Shown piece after piece: positions 59,017-64,000 of a stretch of DNA of 64,000 nt (positions within the stretch are counted from its first letter, which is position 1; every line of letters starts with the position of its first letter). The position numbers and the translations under genes were made by a program. The notes under the pieces were generated by a model. The model was not told the origin of the DNA, searched no databases, and saw only the letters and a list, made by a program, of their open reading frames with translations. The DNA comes from Fibrobacteria bacterium (GTDB lineage: Bacteria > Fibrobacterota > Fibrobacteria > UBA11236). Where the stretch lies: assembly GCA_043732185.1 (NCBI GenBank), contig JAYTHY010000074.1, positions 104,114 through 168,113 of the forward strand, read 5' to 3'.

Positions 59017-60177
59017 TCAGGTCAGGTATTTTTTCAATTGCGCCACAGGCACTACGGTGATTTTCTCCGCCAAAGCATAAGCTCTTTCTCCCGGATAGAC
59101 TATAAGCAATCGGTCCAACTTCAAATCCGCCATGGCCACATGCATGGATTTGGTGGTTGATGGAGCCTGTAAATATTTGAACTCCACGCCCTTGCGCTTG
59201 TTCCCGTCAGTCAGAAGCAAGTCCAACTCCGCGCCACCGTGCGTTCCCCAGAAATACGCATTTCGTCCCGCGCCAGTATGTTTCAACACTTCCTCCAACG
59301 CGAAGCCTTCCCATGACGCGCCCAATTTGGGGTGTCGCAACAACTCCTTCTGATCCTTCAAACCCATAAGCGCATGGAACAATCCTGAATCCCGGATGTA
59401 GAACTTCGAGGCCTTCACCACTCTTTTGCCAATGTTCGCGAACCAGGGCTGCAAAAGGCGAACCATGAAGGTTTGCTCCAGGATCCGTAAATAGTGAAGC
59501 ATGGTTTTGTCGCTCAACCCAAGCGAGCGGCCGATTTCTGATGAGTTCCAAGTCTGACCATGATAGTGCGCGGCCATCATCCAGAAGCGCCGCATTTCCG
59601 GGGCCGGTACCCGCAGCCCCAAACTGGGAATGTCTCGGTCCAAGAAAGTGTCGATAAAAGCATTGCGCCACTGAAGGCTTTCCAGTCCACTTCGTGCCAG
59701 GTAGGACTTAGGGTAACCGCCCCGTTGCCATAACCGTTCCCAGTTCGCGCCGTCCACTTCGGTTAGCGACAGCCCCGGCAATTCATGGAATAGAATGCGC
59801 CCCGCCAATGATTCGGAGCCCTGCCGCATCAGGTCCCCGGAAGCGCTCCCCAACACCAGGAAACGAGCTGGCAAAGGCTTGCGATCCGCCAAAACCCTGA
59901 GCAAGGGAAACAAGTCCGGAAGTCGCTGCACCTCATCGATAATCACCAATCCTTTAAGCTCGGGAAGGCTCAAGGCCGGCTGGGACAACGCCGCCGCATC
60001 TCCGGGATTTTCCAAGTCGAACCAATGCGTTTCGCCTTTCCAGGCTTTAGCCAGCAACCGAGCCAAGGTTGTTTTTCCGGATTGCCGGGAACCGACCAAT
60101 GCGACCACGGGAAAGCGGCTCAATTCCGCCTTGACGGTCTTTAGGTGATCGAGTCTGGAAAGGGTTCGGATCGGCAT
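59017..60177 (-). CDS. AAA_14 ATPase with DUF4143 domain
   Basis: GSRQSGKTT, IDEVQR, LGSAS, ESLAGR, RGGYP, RDSGL, GASWEG, ELDLL...VEFK. Confidence 0.92.
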   Translation of the reverse strand: MPIRTLSRLDHLKTVKAELSRFPVVALVGSRQSGKTTLARLLAKAWKGETHWFDLENPGDAAALSQPALSLPELKGLVIIDEVQRLPDLFPLLRVLADRKPLPARFLVLGSASGDLMRQGSESLAGRILFHELPGLSLTEVDGANWERLWQRGGYPKSYLARSGLESLQWRNAFIDTFLDRDIPSLGLRVPAPEMRRFWMMAAHYHGQTWNSSEIGRSLGLSDKTMLHYLRILEQTFMVRLLQPWFANIGKRVVKASKFYIRDSGLFHALMGLKDQKELLRHPKLGASWEGFALEEVLKHTGAGRNAYFWGTHGGAELDLLLTDGNKRKGVEFKYLQAPSTTKSMHVAMADLKLDRLLIVYPGERAYALAEKITVVPVAQLKKYLT

Positions 60178-60186
60178 AACTTCTTT

Positions 60187-60221
60187 CTTGAAATATCGGA
60201 TATTATCTCCGATATTTCAAG
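60187..60221. promoter_or_regulatory. Perfect 14-bp inverted repeat (operator-like) upstream of the ATPase gene
   Basis: CTTGAAATATCGGA-tattatc-TCCGATATTTCAAG, 9 nt from the ATG at 60177. Confidence 0.75.
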
Positions 60222-60367
60222 GATTATTTAATCATTAAATTGGCGTTTTCTCTGCAAAAAATTCGAATACGGAAAACTCTACCAATTTGTAGACTCATTC
60301 GGGCCTTGTATTCCGTAATCGGTATAGTCCATAATGGGGGTGCGGATTTTTTAACCAGGTGGCACCC

Positions 60368-62452
60368 ATGCGCATTCGAAAAGCGGTTTTTCAAGGACAT
60401 GCTGGATTATTGGCAGCACTCTTCTCCATCTCCCTGCTTACCGCAGGATGCGATGGACCCTCTTCGGCCACCGGATTGAATGGGGGTACACCCGGCGACT
60501 CCCTGGACGCACAGCTGGGCATGGGAAAAGGGAACAGGTATGAATTCCTGCAAGGAAACCTGATGGCAACCGGCCATATAATGGACCTCGGTATCGATGG
60601 CATCGGTTTCTTCATCCTCAAGAACGGATCGCAATACGTTTACTTCCGCCGTCCAGCCAGTTTCACTCAAGACGCCGAGGGATACCTCACACTCGGGAAC
60701 GCCAAGACCCGCCTGCAAGGTATTCCTTTGTACAGCAACAAACGTCCCTACCCGAACATCAGCGAAGACTCGCTCTCTCGCCCGAATGTACCCTTGACCC
60801 AGCTGGTAGATATCCACTGGCCGTTTCAAGAATTGATGCCGCCCCGTGCGACTTCATTTATCAAATTGGCTCGTAACCTGGATTCCGATGCGGAGGGAAA
60901 GGGGGCGATTCTTTACACCCAAAAATTCCTGCACCACGCCGAAGCCTCTGATCTATTGGTAGGACTCAATAGTTACGACGGCCATGAACTCGGCATGCAA
61001 ATCGGCGATGCGATAACGGTGTCGGCGATGGCGGACCAAATCTCCACTCATACTAAAACCATCTTGGTAACGGATGGTTTTACGGTAGCGAATCTTAATA
61101 CTGCCATAACCGAATTTTTACGGAGTGCCAGTGTTGACTTCGGGAGCGGAACCACGGCTGACCTAGTTACCTCCGCAGAAAATGCCAGTCAACGTGGAGC
61201 AATCACCGTGTACGGCAATACTAGGCCCATCCACAACTTCCAGATTACGAGCAGTCGGCCTGTGAGCGGGCCGAATGTCACGAAAGCTTTCGCCGTTCCC
61301 ACCGATATTCCCGCCGGAACGCGTAGGCTGGCAATATGCACCAATACCTTCCGGAGTCCTGCCATGGCTGGAGATTTGTTAACCGACCTTTTCGACACAG
61401 GGGGCAACGATTTGGGCCTTGAAAACGGGGATATGCTGAGCGTGACTGGATCTATCGGTGACGAACCCGCATCCAACGTAGCCCCATTGTCCTTTGTCGC
61501 GGGTCCCGGTGGCACAACCATGGCGGACCTCCTTACGAAAATAAAGGACAATTTCAAGCTTGCGGATAGAGACGGAACCGCCTCCAACAACCACTCCATT
61601 TCCTTGGATCCCACTGGTAGCGAGGACAACATCCCCGATGGCGCCATCGTAATCCGCGGGCAGCCGGGCACGGCTTTCACTATTAAAGACCTGGCCATAC
61701 TAGCGCACGACGTCAACAATTCCAAGCCCTCGCCCAATTTTTTCAATACCAACACGAATGCGACCGTCCTCCGTGAAGCGGTAGACACGCAAACTCCTGA
61801 ATGCAGCTTTAGTGCCTATGACGAATCAGGCAAGGAACACATGCTGACAATACGCTTTACGCCCACGGGTACGCCGAGCCAATGGCTATGGGAAGCAATA
61901 GCCCCGGCAAACGCAATACTCCAGAAAGGCGTCAGAGGAACCCTGATTTTCGGCAGAGATGGGTCCGTTGCTAGCTTCGCCACCGATACCGGAGACCCAA
62001 TTTTGGAATTCGATCCCGGCAACGGATTACAAACCATACGCATTACTATGCAGGCTGGCGGGCCAAAAGACTTCACCGGACTCACTCAATTCCGGTCCAT
62101 AACTACCGCGATGGTGTCGTATCAAAACGGATGCCCAGCAGGTATACTGCGGCAGATCTCCATCGGTGAGGACGGTATCATTTCCGGGAGCTACACCAAC
62201 GATCAGTCCCGTGCACTCTTCCAAATCCCCCTCGCCGATTTTCCTAACCACAGGGGACTTAAGCTGGTTGGCGCGAACTCCTTCCTGGAAACCGCCGAGT
62301 CAGGAAAGGCAGCGGTATCGGTTGGTCTATTCAATGCCACGGGGATCATTAAACCGGGAGCACTGGAATATCTCACCACCGCTGACTTTAAGCAGGTGTG
62401 CGACGTTTATCCGGAGTGCCGGGCGTCGGTAGCGACTTCCAATCAGCCATAA
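60368..62452 (+). CDS. Flagellar hook (FlgE)-like lipoprotein lacking D0 helices
   Basis: Lipobox LTAGC; FLQGNL..TG...DLGIDG.GFF, AT...L..NLDS, YD..G..H...I.F, LTQF, QNG...G.L..ISI..DG.I.G.Y.N, LADF.N..GL..VG.N.F.ET..SG, GALE. Confidence 0.8.
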   Translation: MRIRKAVFQGHAGLLAALFSISLLTAGCDGPSSATGLNGGTPGDSLDAQLGMGKGNRYEFLQGNLMATGHIMDLGIDGIGFFILKNGSQYVYFRRPASFTQDAEGYLTLGNAKTRLQGIPLYSNKRPYPNISEDSLSRPNVPLTQLVDIHWPFQELMPPRATSFIKLARNLDSDAEGKGAILYTQKFLHHAEASDLLVGLNSYDGHELGMQIGDAITVSAMADQISTHTKTILVTDGFTVANLNTAITEFLRSASVDFGSGTTADLVTSAENASQRGAITVYGNTRPIHNFQITSSRPVSGPNVTKAFAVPTDIPAGTRRLAICTNTFRSPAMAGDLLTDLFDTGGNDLGLENGDMLSVTGSIGDEPASNVAPLSFVAGPGGTTMADLLTKIKDNFKLADRDGTASNNHSISLDPTGSEDNIPDGAIVIRGQPGTAFTIKDLAILAHDVNNSKPSPNFFNTNTNATVLREAVDTQTPECSFSAYDESGKEHMLTIRFTPTGTPSQWLWEAIAPANAILQKGVRGTLIFGRDGSVASFATDTGDPILEFDPGNGLQTIRITMQAGGPKDFTGLTQFRSITTAMVSYQNGCPAGILRQISIGEDGIISGSYTNDQSRALFQIPLADFPNHRGLKLVGANSFLETAESGKAAVSVGLFNATGIIKPGALEYLTTADFKQVCDVYPECRASVATSNQP

Positions 62453-62524
62453 GCGTACTGGAAGGCCGTAGTGGCAATTGACAATTAATCTATTTGAAAA
62501 AGTACAGGAAAAGATGAAACAAAA

Positions 62525-62548
62525 ACGGCCACCCCGTAGGGTGGCCGT
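62525..62548 (-). terminator. rRNA operon intrinsic terminator
   Basis: acggccaccc-cgta-gggtggccgt, followed on the minus strand by a U run. Confidence 0.9.
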
Positions 62549-62575
62549 CTGGACTGCACGTAGCAGTAATGTATA

Positions 62576-62693
62576 CCCTGGCACCGACCCACTCTCCCAC
62601 GGCAAATGACCGTAGTACCATAGGCGCGTTGAGGCTTAACTTCTGTGTTCGGGATGGGAACAGGTGTGGCCCTCAAACTATAGGCACCAGGGA
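62576..62693 (-). rRNA. rrf: 5S rRNA
   Basis: Minus strand reads CCTGGTGCC...CACACCTGTTCCCATCCCGAACACAGAAGTTAAG...GGGAGAGT.GGT..GTGCCAGG. Confidence 0.96.
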
Positions 62694-63022
62694 ATTTCGT
62701 AGGCAAAGGCAACCGGCTAGCCGGTTGCTTAGAGAATGCCATTAGCATTCTCCATAATCTCACTTAAAAACCGTTCCTCTCATCTTGAGAAGCTTATACA
62801 CTCCCCCGAGGGAGTGGCTGGTTAACATTGTACTTGGAAGCGCAATAAGATGTGAAGGGCGTCTTGAGGACAAGACGCTTTCAAGCCATTATTATATCGT
62901 CAAGGGCAATCGCCTTACGGCAATCGCTCTAACCAGATTAACTGGTTACCTTCGAATCCTTATATGGAGAGCAGGTGATGGATAACCTTGCGGTTATACC
63001 TATTCCTGTCAGTCTTACAAGT

Positions 63023-64000
<978 letters not shown>

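Overview
Gene-dense bacterial chromosome segment of roughly 50% GC by eye. It probably comes from an FCB-group organism such as Fibrobacterota; this is inferred only from several secreted proteins ending in T9SS/CTD-like tails. In order it holds: two secreted hydrolases; a Spy/CpxP + response regulator + sensor kinase envelope-stress module; a heptaheme cytochrome c flanked by two HAMP-type membrane proteins; an arginine succinyltransferase (AST) operon with an M20 hydrolase in place of AstE; moaC-mobA; a ~220-nt intergenic fold-back element; a K+-dependent membrane pyrophosphatase; a six-gene envelope redox operon (two OM barrels, a hydrazine-synthase-alpha-like diheme lipoprotein, TlpA, DUF4266, DUF3570); housekeeping and transport genes; a divergent sigma54-driven nitrate assimilation island (narK, nasS-like, nrtABD, porin / nirA, cysJ-like, DmsB-DmsC-like fusion, nasA); an AAA_14-DUF4143 ATPase; a stand-alone flagellar-hook-like lipoprotein; and the 3' end of an rRNA operon (partial 23S, long structured spacer, 5S, terminator). 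The strongest novelty candidates are (1) a conserved RNA element shared by the nrtA and nirA leaders together with a structured, complementary RNA domain in the nrtA leader, possibly an attenuator that also acts in trans, (2) an FlgE homologue that has lost both D0 polymerisation helices and gained a lipoprotein signal, and (3) the HZS-alpha-like/TlpA/DUF4266/DUF3570 operon. All product calls come from recognising motifs by eye; no database search was run.
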